A program made the translations under genes and the position numbers. Positions 63,821 to 64,000 of a stretch of 64,000 nucleotides of DNA are shown one piece after another. Position 1 is the stretch's first letter. Each line of letters opens with the position of its first letter. The stretch is taken from positions 1 to 64,000 of the forward strand of contig NW_024704896.1 in NCBI RefSeq assembly GCF_018977255.1, given 5' to 3'. Source of the stretch: Callorhinchus milii. Taxonomy: Eukaryota. The notes under the pieces are model-generated. The model was not told the origin of the DNA. It did no database searches and worked only from the letters and a program-made list of their open reading frames with translations.

Positions 63821-63863
63821 GATCGAGGTTCACAGTTTCCCAGTCACCGCCTGAACAAACTGC
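63821..63863 (+). pseudogene. 5' stub of the supporting TCR-delta V, cassette 3
   Basis: Acceptor ttctgtag|GA lies 433 nt after J3. It encodes SRFTVSQSPPEQTA, nearly identical to cassette 2, and homology stops abruptly at 63864. Confidence 0.85.
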
Positions 63864-64000
63864 AATACACTGTCCAACTGGAATTATCATCTATTAACAA
63901 TAATCAGGAACTTGACACCATTTTTAAAATCTGTGTTATTTATAATTATGTCGAGAAGTTTAAATTATTTAGTGAAAAAAATACTTTTGTCAACTTATTG

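Noticed and set aside
11700-64000. IgHV-like (TAILV-type) segments, constant exons, or conventional Ddelta/Jdelta
   Set aside because: No V with IgHV hallmarks (WVRQ..GKGLEW, YYCAR), no C1-set exon and no FGXG J segment was seen in this window.

Overview
Vertebrate T-cell receptor alpha/delta V-segment array from a cartilaginous fish; a holocephalan such as Callorhinchus is my inference from the NAR-type cassettes and the SINE/LINE content. All immune segments are on the + strand, and no Cdelta/Calpha exon or conventional Ddelta/Jdelta is visible in the window. Bases 1-11.4 kb hold no V segments. They contain a long inverted duplication with minisatellite-rich arms, a decayed histone H1-like sequence, CR1 and L2 LINE fragments and tandem repeats. 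From 11.7 kb onward there are 15 conventional TRAV/TRDV-type segments (leader exon + V exon + 23-bp-spacer RSS), several of them pseudogenes. Embedded among them are three NAR-TCR-type cassettes, at about 36.5-40.4, 49.7-52.1 and 61.8-63.9 kb. Each has a leader, an IgNAR-like V with a 22-bp RSS, one D with 12(13)/12 RSS, a J with a 23-bp RSS and splice donor, and then a leaderless supporting TCR-delta V with its own 23-bp RSS (truncated in cassette 3). Together these would encode a doubly rearranging delta chain with two V domains. NAR-TCR as a system is known from sharks; the residue-level and RSS-level peculiarities here are what deserve follow-up. Only cassette 2 appears fully intact. Coordinates were counted by eye and may be off by a few bases.
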